The notes beneath the pieces were generated by a model. The model was not told where the DNA came from. It saw only the letters and a program-made list of their open reading frames with translations, and ran no database searches. 64,000 nt of DNA, taken from contig OX597839.1 in NCBI GenBank assembly GCA_951406725.2, positions 28,582,001 through 28,646,000 on the forward strand. The letters run 5' to 3'. A program made the position numbers and the translations under genes. The DNA is from Octopus vulgaris (Eukaryota). Below, in pieces: positions 1 through 11,717 of the stretch (the first letter of the stretch is position 1; each line of letters starts with the position of its first letter).

Positions 1-980
1 TTGCTTCCTAACCATGTGGGTCCAGGTTCAGTCCCACTGTGTGGCACCTTGAGTAAGTGTCTTCTGCTATAGCCTCAGGCCAACCAATGCCTTGTGAGTG
101 GATTTGGTAGATGGAAACTGAAAGAAGCTTGTTGTGTGTGTGTGTATCTTCGTGTCTGTCCTTGTCCCCTACCACCACTTGACAATTTACGTTGGTGTGT
201 AACTTCGCAGTTCAGCAATGGAGACTAATAAAATTAGTACCAGGCTTTAAAAAAAGTACTGGGGTTGACACATTTCAGTAAAATTTCTTCAAGGCAGTGC
301 CCCAGCATGGCCACAGTCTAGTGACTGAAACAAGATATATATATACTTATATATATACACACACATACGCGTGTGTGTGTGTGTGTTAGCACTGAAGCAA
401 GAAAATAATAACTGTTGCCTTGCAAAGATGAAAAATCTAAGGTTAGGATACATGAAGGCATTTACACCAACAATTCTGAAATCCCTTAATTTTAGACCCC
501 ACCAATTCTCAGGTGAGCCATGTTGAAGGTGTGTCCTCAAAAATATAAACTAAAGAAATAAAAATTACAATAACCAACACATACAAAAATTAGTTTACTG
601 TAGCAAAATAAAATTTAATGTAACCTTTTTGACCCTAACCCACCTGGGACTGCCCCTGTCTCTAGGATACGAACTTTTTGTTTTCAAGTGATCAAAAGCT
701 AAAATCTTCTATCAGAGTTAGTTTCATCTTAATTTATGCTCCAAACATCACTTAATAAGGACAAAGTTATTCTATTAGATCCTTTATTATTTTCAAAGTT
801 AACTGGAAAACTGAAACAAAACCCAGGTATTTCAACAGAAATATGCTAACAAAAAGTGTCAAAGAATAAAATATGATAAAACAAAAAGCGAAAAAATAAA
901 TGGATTACTATATATATATATATATAATATCAACAATAATAATAAGGATTATTGTGAATCTGCATAGCATTACCTTTAAT

Positions 981-1022
<42 letters not shown>

Positions 1023-2281
1023 CAAAATTTTGCCCCACTTGTGGAAAATAGAAATAAACATTCTTGACTGCTATTTCTACTTTTTCGGTATGCGGTCAAG
1101 CAATCTGTTGCCTGTCCCTTTTTCTTATATACAATATATATATATATACAGCTTTACATAGACCTACACTGAGAGTAAACTGGTAAATGTTTAGGGTAAT
1201 CCCTTACTATTTACATATATATATTAGTCGAATGGTTAACCATTCTGGCACCTCCTCTTGTATATATATATGTATATATCATCATCATCATCGTTTAACG
1301 TCCGCTTTCCATGCTAGCATGATATATACACATATATATATATACATGAGGCGGTGCCAAAAAGTTCCAGGTTTTGGGTAAGAGAAAATACAGGAGGATC
1401 AGTTAAATATGATTTTATTCAACTTATTCCCCTCACAGATTCACACACTTATTGCAGTGGTCCTTCAGTTTTTTTCTAAGCCCTGTAAAAGAACTCAGCA
1501 GGGTGGGCCTCCAAGCCAGGAACTTTTCAGTACCCCCTCGTGTGTGTGTGTGTGTAGTGTTTTATTAAAACTGATCCTGAGAGTTTATCTTATGACTAGT
1601 TTCATGCCATTGTGATCTTCAGATAAAACTGTTATGATCTTGGTATTGGTGGTGTATATGTATACACACACACACACATATATATCTATTAATGTATGTA
1701 GGCAGTCTGGGTACACCAGGTCCCCTGCATACATCAACACACACTCTCTCACACATACATATATTTTACAGACAAAAAAGTAAATTTCAAACACAGCATA
1801 GTTGTGAAAATAGCAGAGAAAGATTGAGTATCCTCCCTTAGAAGTCATAAAAAAATTGCCAGCAGGTGGCTACACACACACACATACAACACACATTATT
1901 CAAAACCTGAGATTTCATTCTGCTGTCATGGAAAAATCTTTTGTTTATATCACATTCTTCAAGTTAGTCATGTTCAAGAATGTGACAGAAACGTGTGGAA
2001 TAGAATCTCATGAATAACAAACCAACTACAACACAACATTCTTAACAACAATACCAGACCATCTTGCTTCAGTTTTCCAAGCCTCAGCTGAACATCTGTC
2101 ATATTTTAGAAACCATCACAAAGACCTGTTTCAGCCAATTTTACCAATTAGATTCAAACTGGGTAACAGATAAAAGGATATTAGATTACAGTAATCTGGT
2201 AATCTCATACTTAATGTAAGATCACTAGGCAGCTTTGGCTGAAATGGACTTATGATATTGTGTACTACTATATACTACTAT

Positions 2282-2601
2282 GGAGGCGCAATGGCCCAGT
2301 GGTTAGGGCAGCGGACTCGCGGTCGCAGGATCGCGGTCGCAGGATCGCGGTTTCGATTTCCAGACCGGGCGTTGTGTGTGTTTATTGAGCGAAAACACCT
2401 AAAAGCTCCACGAGGCTCCAGCAGGGATGGTGGTGATCCCTGCTGTACTCTTTCACCACTCTTTCTCCCACTCTTTCTTCTGTTGGGCCTGCTCGCTTAG
2501 CCAGCGGGGTGGCGTCATTCGAAGGCTAAAACAATGCGAACGCATTGTGACCAGCGATGTGTAACAACATCTGATGGTCTGGTCGGTCACGTGATCACAT
2601 G
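2282..2601 (+). mobile_element. tRNA-derived SINE family A, tail type 1
   Basis: A box TGGCCCAGTGG and B box GTTTCGATTTC. 12-bp TSD atatactactat (2270-2281 / 2602-2613). 14-bp internal duplication. Confidence 0.9.
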
Positions 2602-2881
2602 ATATACTACTATATACCAACTCTACTGACAAATATACAAATGTATACTTTTTCCAACTTAGGGATTCCTAGACAATTCTTCAAGTGCCCCTTCTCATAA
2701 TTCCTTGTCTTGCGAGTTACTTGCTGACTCTGAAAGTGCTGGTGCCATGTAAAAAGCATCAAGTCCTCACTGTGAAGTGGTTGGCATTTGGAAGGGAATC
2801 CAGCTATAAAAACCACGTCAAAACTGTGCCGATGCTTTACTCATCATCCATTTATACGTTTTGTATAATTTCTCCATTATA

Positions 2882-2937
<56 letters not shown>

Positions 2938-2986
2938 TACACACATACATACACAACTGGTTAATCCAGACATGTTTTGAATTATA

Positions 2987-3049
<63 letters not shown>

Positions 3050-4049
3050 TCATTATTTAACATCCGCTTTCCATGCTGGCATGGGTTGGACAATTTCACT
3101 GAGGTCTGGCAAACCAGATAGCTGCACCAGACTCCAATCTGATCTGGCAGAGTTTCTACAGCTGGATGCCCTTTCTAACACCAACCACTCTGAGAGTGTA
3201 GTGGGTGCTTTTATGTGCCACCGGCAAGAGGGCCAGTCAGGAGGTTCTGGCAACAGCCACACTCAAATGGTGCTATTTATGTACCACCTGCACAGGAGTC
3301 AGTCCAGCAGCACTGGCAACGACTCGCTCAAATGTTTTTTCACGTGCCACCAGCACAAGTACCAGTTAGGTGATGCAGGTAACGATCACACTCAAATGGT
3401 GCCTTTTACGTGCCACCAGCACAGAGACCAGCTTGTTACTCTAGCAACAATCTCACTCGTATGGTGCTCCCAGCACTCCACTAGCACGGATGCCAGTCAT
3501 CGTATTTGATTTTGATTTCCCTTGCCTCAACAGGTCTTCGCAAGCAGAGTTTAGTGTTCAATGAAGGAAAGGTACGCATAAGTGGACTAGTTACACCCCT
3601 AGCATAGGCCACAAGGTTGTATTTCTTTTTTTTTTGTAGATATTTAACGTAATTACTGAAATAACTATAAAATTAAATTTTGCAGTTAAAGGGTTAAAAG
3701 AAAAAACAAAACAAATATTTTATTCCCTCCCCTCCCTCAAATAAGCACATATTTAACCCTTTAGCATTCAGATTGCTCTGTCAAGTATAATGCTTATTCA
3801 TTCATAGTGTTTTGAATTAATCATACTTTAGCTCATAGCTTTGAGATTTCAATGATGTGGTCATTTAGTTTTAGAATGGCCCTGCAGGGTAGGTGCGAGA
3901 GGCCAGATCTGGGCACATTGAACATAAAGCCGGCAGAATATTTTGGCTGGATGTGGCCAGTTTAAAATGCTAAAAGATTAAGTTTCACTTTATTCAATTC
4001 AGTTTTTGTGCCTATTCTCACCTATAGTCGTTATGTTGAATAAGAACTG

Positions 4050-4400
4050 AAAGAAAATGGATTGTAAATACAAGCAGGGAAAATGAGTTTCCCCAAAAAG
4101 GATCCCAGGAGTAATGCTACTCAACAAGGTGCATAGCTCAGGGATCGAGGAAATCCTTCTAGGACAAGTGGCTATTTTTCAGCACTGAGACATCATAGCT
4201 CTGATACAACAAACCTGTGATTGGAATCGCAAGACGGGTTCTTCAAGCCAAGCCAACTGGCAGAAGACCTAAGGGTAGACAAAGGCAGAGATGGTTGGGT
4301 AACATCCATAGTCTTAGGGAGTCTCTCCAGGTCAAGCCAATTCTTCTCCACATTGAGAGGTCAGGTACTATGGACATGTCACTGGAATGTCACAGGGAAG
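4050..4400 (+). mobile_element. RTE-clade LINE 3' remnant
   Basis: IARRVLQAKPTGRRPKGRQRQRWL resembles the RTE ORF C-terminal G.RPRGRP..RW motif. Similar remnants at about 38830-38950 (-) and 39230-39360 (+). Confidence 0.7.
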
Positions 4401-5731
4401 AATTGTTTTCTGCTCTAGGCACAAGACCCGAAATTTTTGGAGAGGTGGAATGTCGATTAGATCGACCCCAGTGCGTAACTGGTACTTAATTTATCGACCC
4501 TGAAAGGATGAAAGGCAAAGTCAACCTTGGCGGAATTTGAACTCAGAACGTAAAGACAGACAAAATACCGCTAAGCATTTCGCCTGCCATGATAATGTTT
4601 CTGCCAGCTTGCCGCCTTTGGAATGTCACAGAGAAGAATTGCAAGACAGATTCTTCGAGTTGAGTCAACTGGTAGGAAACCTAGAAGTGGACCATAAATG
4701 AGACAGTTGGATAATATCCTTCGTTCCAGTTGGTCGTGCTTGGGAATCCATCTGGAAATTGTAATGACATTTGCATCTGTTAAGATCCTATGGAGGAGGT
4801 GCCCAAGGTCTCTACCCTCACAACCCTCTCGAGTATAGTAGATGGAGAAGATGGATCATCATTGTCATCATCATTTAACATCTGTTGTCCATGCTGGCAT
4901 GGGTTGGATGGTTTGACCAAGGCTGGAAAGCTGAGGGGCTGCACTACACTCCAGTCTGATTTGGCATGGTTTCTTTCTATAGCTGGATGCCCTTCCTAAC
5001 GCCAACCACTCCAAAAGTGCAATGGGTGCTTTTATGTGCCACCAGCACGGGTGCCAGTTATGTGACACTGGCATCGGCTACATTGCCTCCATGAGGCCCA
5101 ACGATTAAATGGTGCTTTTCATGTGCCACTGGCAGGGGTGCCACTGGCAGGGGTGCCACTGGCAGGGGTGCCAGTTATGTGACACTGGCATCAACCACAC
5201 TGCCTCTGGATGGATAAATTTGCATAAACCGCTGAAACAATCCAAGACATGGAAGTAGAGGAATGTGGATGCTGTAAAACCATGATGCACACTCATCATC
5301 AGTTTTCCATGCTGGCATGGGTTGACAGGTGCTTAGCAGCCAGAGAGCTGCCCCAGGCTCCAATCGTCTGATCTGGCATGATTTCTACAGCTGGATGCCC
5401 TTCCTAACGCCAACCACTTTACAGTGTTGACCAAGTGCTTTAGACATGGCACTAGTACGGGTGCTTTTCATGTAGCACCGGCATTAAATATAAACCAAAG
5501 AAAGGGAGAAGTCAATGGAAGTCAGAGCTAGAAATGTGAGATGATATTACCTTCCTTGGCTAACATATGATGAGGAAGAGGAGGAGGTGGAACTGGGAAC
5601 AAATGGTTGAAGGAAAAAAAAGGAAATTTTGAAAAATTAAAGAAAACTATAAAATGACAAAATAAATGCAAATGAGTGAGTGACCAGGGTGGGTAGAACA
5701 AGAAGCAAAGATAGGCCATGCTGGACATTAC

Positions 5732-5840
5732 CTTCCTCATACTGTCTTCTAGACTCTCCGCTTCAACTGATGCATTGGTACTCGAAACACTGCCACTAAC
5801 TCGCTTCAGGGATTTCGCCACAGAAGCTAAAAAGCCTTCC
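5732..5840 (-). CDS. RABEP1: RABEP1-like coding exon 5 (REGFLASVAKSLKRVSGSVSSTNASVEAESLEDSMRK); gene continues past the window start
   Basis: Acceptor ctttcatatttccag|, donor |gtaatg, 109 nt, phase 2-0. Ends in ESLEDSMRK, like Rabaptin ENLENEMKK that precedes the AQEDAE segment. Confidence 0.88.
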
Positions 5841-5944
5841 CTGGAAATATGAAAGATAACTCCTATGAGATTTTGGAGAAAAATAATTATTTTTAAAAAT
5901 ACATTTAATCCTTTCATTAATTTTCTCTCTCTCACACACACACA

Positions 5945-6167
5945 CATGAGGGGGAGCTGAAAAGTTCCTGGTTTTAAGGGTGTCACAAAAGGCCTGGTTG
6001 GAGGCCCAACCTTCCAAGTTCTTTTACAGGGTTTAGAAAAACTGAAGGACAACTGTAATAAGTGTGTGAACCTGAGAGGGGAATATGTTGAATTAAATCA
6101 TAATTAACTGATCCTCATCCTGTATTTTCATTCACCCAAAGCCAGGAACTTTTTAGCAGCTCCTTGT
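5945..6167 (+). mobile_element. Mariner-derived MITE (other copies 1345-1540 inverted, 56408-56625, 56652-56863)
   Basis: TIR catgagggggagctgaaaagttcctgg / ccaggaactttttagcagc. The interior encodes a mariner C-terminus (GLEKLKDNCNKCVNLRGEYVE). Confidence 0.85.
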
Positions 6168-7661
6168 AAAAGGCTATCATGTAAAAGGCATATTTGAACA
6201 TGTAAGAAAGTCATTTGCTGTGTTTTGTCAAGGAGAATGTTTTACGCTGTAGAACAGGGGCCACAAAATATTTTTGACCATCAATTCCTTTTAGCCACTT
6301 CTTCCACATCGTACCCCTTAAGCCACTTCTTCTGCACCCACCTCCTTTAGCCACTTCTTCTGCATCAACCCCTTTTAGCCACTTTTCCTTCTGCATTGAC
6401 CCCTTTAACCACTTCTCCTTCTACATCAATTACCCTCCTCATTTAAAATATCTTAATACCCTACCCCACTGTACCATGCCTTAAATGCGTACCGGGTACT
6501 GATGCTGGCGATTAAAATGTTAGCTAAAACACACACATTTGACAAATTAAGGAATTCTATTGAAGATGACTCACTTTTTACATTTAAAACTTTGTGTACG
6601 AATATCATTACTAAACTTTCAATTTTTATGAAATTGTTTTCACAGAAAATGTGAAAAACACATCATATTGCTGGAATATGTTTTATTGAAATTGGCAACA
6701 TCAATATGAGGGATGGGCATGGCACTGACCAAGTGTTTCAAACAGTTCATCTGGGTCAGCTGGTCTTTCGCATGCCGACCCCCATTCAACCCCTTGGCTA
6801 TCATTGTAATTCCTCGTACCCTGTAATACCCTGTAATTCTTCGCCAACCCCCTTTGGTGACCCCTGCTCTAGACAAATGGTGTAAATATACCAAATTCAG
6901 CTCACAGCACCACCTACCTAGATTATGGGATGTAAGCATTTCGGAGTGATTATCTCCTTTTCAGCCACAGAAAATGGACAGGGTTTGCTGCGAGATGATA
7001 AGAGAGTCTGACTCTCTCAGGATATTCTTACTGTCATACGACTGATAGCGCTAATCAGCAACTCACCACAAACAAATTATAGGATGGCAACACTAAGGAG
7101 TGGTGTGTATAAAATACAAGGTTCAATACCAGTTCAAATATGTTTGGGTCATAGTTGAACCCATAGGAAAGCCATTTACCGTGTTTTTGTCATGGAGAAA
7201 ATTTCTTGCTGTAGACAAACAGCGTAAATATACCAAAATCAGCTCATAGCACTGGACTTCAGAGCAGTAACCCCCTCGGGCAAATGTTTTGGCCCTTAAT
7301 TTCTTACACTTTAAATGAGCCAGGCCACATCCAGGTCATGACTCCTAGGTACCTGACTACCAACATGTTTGGGCCAACAATTGAAATTATATATCTGCTT
7401 CATCATCATCATCGTTTAACCTCCGCCTTCCATGCTGGCGATTAATGTTCTGCTTAAACAGTTGCAGATGAACACCTGCAGGAAAGGAATGAGCAGAGAG
7501 GAGATTCCAGAGGAATGATGGTCTGAAGAGGAAGGACTGGGCAACAATGGTTAGTGCAGGGGGAAAGGGGAGGAAGTAGATGCAGGAAGAGGGAAGAGAG
7601 GTGGAGAGACGAGTCAGGAGAACCCGATTGGACGAGGTACAAGACCGGCCAGTTCTGCACC

Positions 7662-7702
<41 letters not shown>

Positions 7703-7887
7703 ACACACATATATATCAAGATTGAAGCCTGGTGCAGCCATCTGGTTCACCAGCTCTCAGTCAAATCGTCCAACCCATGCCAGCATGGAAAGCGGACGTT
7801 AAACGATGATGATGATGATGATGATGATGGGGTTCTTGAAGTTTCTCTCTACCAAATTCCCTCTCAACTTCAGTCAAAAAAACTTAC

Positions 7888-8014
7888 CTTTCTTGATTTA
7901 ACTGCATTTTCAGATCTTGAAGTTCTTGTTCTGATTTCTCATTCATTTTCATCATTCTCTGCCACACGCTCTCATATTGAGCTGCTGTCTTCCTTGAAGC
8001 TTCATCTGCTGCTT
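7888..8014 (-). CDS. RABEP1: RABEP1-like coding exon 4 (EAADEASRKTAAQYESVWQRMMKMNEKSEQELQDLKMQLNQE)
   Basis: Acceptor gtttgtgtgttgcag|, donor |gtaagt, 127 nt, phase 1-2. Open frame, coiled-coil composition, in phase with both neighbours. Confidence 0.88.
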
Positions 8015-9364
8015 CTGCAACACACAAACAGGTATTTTTCTTTTAGAATAAAAGCAACCAAGGTACCCCTCACCACACACTCCAGTGCCAGCGATAGGAA
8101 AGAAAGCCTCTGGCCTAACACCCATCATGGTGACTGGTGCTGGAGTCACAGAAAATGCACCCAGTTAACAATGTTAAGTGGATCACAAATGAACAGAGGA
8201 TGTTTAGGATTACAAGGTCCCTCTAGTTTTATCCCACAAAAGACTAGTAAGGTTATCGGAAATTTTGCTGTAAACATTTTTGCAGTAGGAAAATTCACTG
8301 TATGAATCTCATTTTAAATGACCCCAACACATTTTTTTAATGTTTGCTGTTGAATAAAGACTTGCCCATTTAATGCTTTTATAATTTTTCTTTTTTTTTT
8401 TTTGCAATTTAAAAAATGCTGATAAAATAAGCTTTGTCAGTGTCCATACAGCAAATTTTCCACATGGCACATCTGTCTCCACACCAAAATTTCTTGCAGT
8501 GAATTTTCCAGACGCAGACTTCTACACCTCTCAAGTGTTGGTGCCACAAGAAAATGCATCTGGTACACTCCATAAAGGGATAGCCGATAGGAAGAACATC
8601 CAGCCGTAGAAACTAAGCTAAATGACACATGTGAGCACCAGTTATATGGTTTGAGTTTCAGGTACGGAACATTAGGGGTCCCAAAATGTTATCATTACTA
8701 AAGCATTCCCTTTCCTGAACTGGTACAATGAAGGAGAGTGCCTCAACCAACAGCCCCTCTAGAGTATCATATGAGTGGGACAACCTCTGCAGTGTTGATA
8801 CCACACAAAATACATCCAGTATACATTGTATAAAGATTGAAGAATGAGCTGAGAAAGTGTTGGTTATGAAGTCCCTTTAGTCCTGCCTTGGGTCCCAGCA
8901 AAGGGTTATCTAGCATATCTGGTGATAATCCTTCAGAGTACAGGGATGCAGATATACCCTTGGTTGGTGTCAAGTTGCACAGTAAAACCTATTTCTTTAT
9001 TACCCACAAGGGGCTAAACACAGAGGGGACAAACAAGGACAGACATAGGTATTAAGTCGATTACATCGACCCCAGTGTGTAACTGGTACTTAATTTATCG
9101 ACCCCGAAAGGATGAAAGGCAAAGTTGACCTCGGCGGAATTTGAACTCACAACGTAACGGCAGACGAAATACTGCAAAGCATTTCGCCCGGCGTGCTAAT
9201 GTTTCTGCCAGCTCACTTGCACAGTAAAACCACCAGGCGTGAGGGACCCTGAACTGTTGTCCCAGCATCCTTCTAGGAATGGAATGCTTTGATGTAAAAT
9301 ACACTGTTTCTTGTGATTGCTGGTCATCTCCCTTTTGCCTGTGCCCAGGTACTAATACTAATCA

Positions 9365-9485
9365 ATGGAGACTGAGAGAGTGGGGTACTCATGTCGTACG
9401 GGTGTTTACCACTATAATCCAATGATGGACAGATGTTTCTTTATGGTGACCTTCATTCATCGTTCCATCTATGCGATTCTTCATT

Positions 9486-9517
<32 letters not shown>

Positions 9518-10440
9518 CGAAACGGCCACAGCAGCCTTCAGATCTTCAAGTGGCAACCGAAAGGTGGTGATGTGTGCAGAATTAACTGGTTGGAAGCTTG
9601 CACTAGGTTACAACTTACCCCTATGCCTCATACAATTCAGATCTGCATCAGGACCAAATAGTCACCTGAGAGGTCATGGGTGGAAAGTCAGAAATGACAA
9701 AAAACAATGACGAAGCACAAGGAGAGAGTAATTATCTGTGAAAATGGAGCGATCACCAAATATGTATATGAGAAGGGCACAAAAGGGTCTTTTCCATGTG
9801 ATAAATCTGGCTGAGTCTGTTTCTCAAAAGAACACCGACTCAGCCACACATGTAATCACAGAAACACCCTTGTCTACCAATATAACATGTAGCATAATCC
9901 TTCATGCAGTTTGTATAAAGTGTGTAGTGTAGGTCAGCTGGTGGACTCAGTATTACAAATCCCTACATCTACATCACTGTTTATAAACCAATTTTTTCCC
10001 AATGGGCCCCTTTGATCCCTATTTTACTCGACTGGACCTTCATAGCCTTTCAATGTATATACAAAAAAATCCTTCTGTATTTTTATAATTAAATATTATT
10101 ACTAATTCTATTAAAAAATCATTAAAATATTTTGTGTATTGGAGGAGTTTAACCAATTTACTGGACACACGTTTTAATTACAAAATCTTATATGGATCCT
10201 CAAGGCCGATATGGACCCCGGTTGAGGATCACTGATCTAGGACTACTGATCTAGGACCACTGATCTAGATGGTCGAGATGTTGCTGGAAAACTAACTTGT
10301 AGTCAATGTGGAATGACTTATAAGTCCCTTGCAGGCCCTAAGAACCATACGAGACCTCATCAGCGATAAGGAAACCAAACTTAGAATGAAATGAGTTCAA
10401 GAAGTGGTCTTACTCGATCACGAGTTGACTTCCACCATAT
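9365..10440 (+). mobile_element. Degraded RTE-like LINE C-terminus with C2H2 fingers, interrupted by a MITE (~9975-10240)
   Basis: Fragments FPCDKSG*VCFSKEHRLSH and CSQCGMTYKSLAGPKNHTRPH. Confidence 0.5.
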
Positions 10441-10880
10441 GTATGGTAGAAGACAACCTGTTTTATGCCCTTGTTTCGACATCAAATGGTGGCTGTAAAC
10501 AAGCCTCACTGTCATACAAGTGATGTTGTTCATTTTCAGTCTTTTGTGAATAATATGCCTAGCCCTGGGGAAATATTGCCTTATTTAAAAACAGGTAAGT
10601 GTTGGTGACAAGAAGGGCATAAAAATGAAGAAAATGAAAACAAAACATTTTATTCTTTCTACTTTTTTAACATTTATCTTAATAAAGGACTGACCAACCT
10701 GCTAGAAATAACAGCCAAATCTCCTTCAAATGACACTACTATTCAAAAAGCTGAAGGACATATTGGATAATGAGGATTTATATGCATTATGCCTGAAAAT
10801 ACAATGGGATGGTCAATGATGGAATTCCTTTAATCACCAGCCTGCCAATCAGGGTTGATCTGGAGCCCAAACAACATTAC

Positions 10881-11084
10881 CTTTCATAATACTCTGCAAA
10901 CTGGCAATCTCCTCCTGGCACTGGCGCCGAATGTCTTCAACTTCATCCTGTTTGTTCTCTTCCGAAACGGCTGCAGCAGCCTTCAGGTCTTCAAGTTCAC
11001 TTTGAAGCTTCTTCAAGTCTATCAAGAGAGAGTTGTTCTTGCCAAGGGCCTCAGCTGTTGTGTCACGCTCTCGCTTCAGTTCCT
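10881..11084 (-). CDS. RABEP1: RABEP1-like coding exon 3 (EELKRERDTTAEALGKNNSLLIDLKKLQSELEDLKAAAAVSEENKQDEVEDIRRQCQEEIASLQSIMK)
   Basis: Acceptor tttttctatctttcag|, donor |gtaatg, 204 nt, phase 1-1. Resembles Rabaptin-5 IKAIATVSENTKQEAIDEVKRQWREEVASLQAVMK. Confidence 0.94.
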
Positions 11085-11610
11085 CTGAAAGATAGAAAAA
11101 ATATTAATATATCTATTAATATTTTGCTTAGGCATCGTGAGACTGATAACCTGGGGTAGACCCCAGTGGACATATTGTTTCAGAATGAAGCGTTGAGTAG
11201 AGAGCAGTAATTAGAAAACGAGATGACAAAGGAATAAAGGATTATCTTATGAGCTTCATTAGCTTACAGCTGGGGGTGTTACTCAGGCACTCAACTAGGA
11301 GTGCACTGCATCTTATAGCAGAAACAGCTGTAAGCCAAAGAAGTGCATAAGATAATCATAGGCACAGGAGTGGCTGTGCGGTAAGTAGCTTTCTTGCCAA
11401 CCACATGGTTCCAGGTTCAATCCCACTGCGTGGCACCTTGGGCAGGTGTCTTCACCTAAAGCCTTGCATGTGTGTGTGCGTATATATATATATATATATA
11501 CACACACACATCAGAGTAAGCACATAAATGCGAAACAAAGCGGAAAAAATAGTACTCAAATACCAGAGGTAGAGTAATCTGCTTTATTAAAAAGCAGCAG
11601 AAATATCATA

Positions 11611-11656
11611 AAAACTGTTACTCAGAGTTTCACGTTCCAGTTCGTCGGACAGTTTT
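11611..11656 (-). ncRNA. Second hammerhead-like motif, inverted copy (CCGACGA core)
   Basis: Reverse complement reads AAAACTGT-CCGACGA-AC-TGGAAC-GT-GAAA-CTCTGAG-TA-ACAGTTTT. AATAAA follows about 25 nt downstream on this strand (11583-11588). Confidence 0.6.
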
Positions 11657-11671
11657 GTTTAGAATCTAAAC

Positions 11672-11717
11672 AAAACTGTCCGATGAACAGGAACGTGAAA
11701 CTCTGAGTAACAGTTTT
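11672..11717 (+). ncRNA. Minimal type I hammerhead ribozyme-like motif (CCGAUGA core), Penelope-like
   Basis: AAAACTGT-CCGATGA-AC-AGGAAC-GT-GAAA-CTC-T-GAG-TA-ACAGTTTT: 8-bp stem I, short stem II, ACTC/GAGT stem III, GUA cleavage triplet. Confidence 0.6.

Noticed and set aside
2282-2375. tRNA genes at SINE heads (also 30813, 41406, ~21730)
   Set aside because: A/B boxes are present, but the sequence continues into SINE bodies with TSDs and no complete cloverleaf is evident.
2685-3509. 274-aa ORF
   Set aside because: Reads through (TA)n tracts and a family D repeat, with no coding signature.
1-5700. Next RABEP1 exon (expected AQEDAE-like segment)
   Set aside because: I found no matching phase-0 exon. 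It probably lies outside the window.
10345-10372. CTGATGA on the minus strand as another hammerhead
   Set aside because: No properly placed GAAA or stems. It lies within a LINE zinc-finger remnant.
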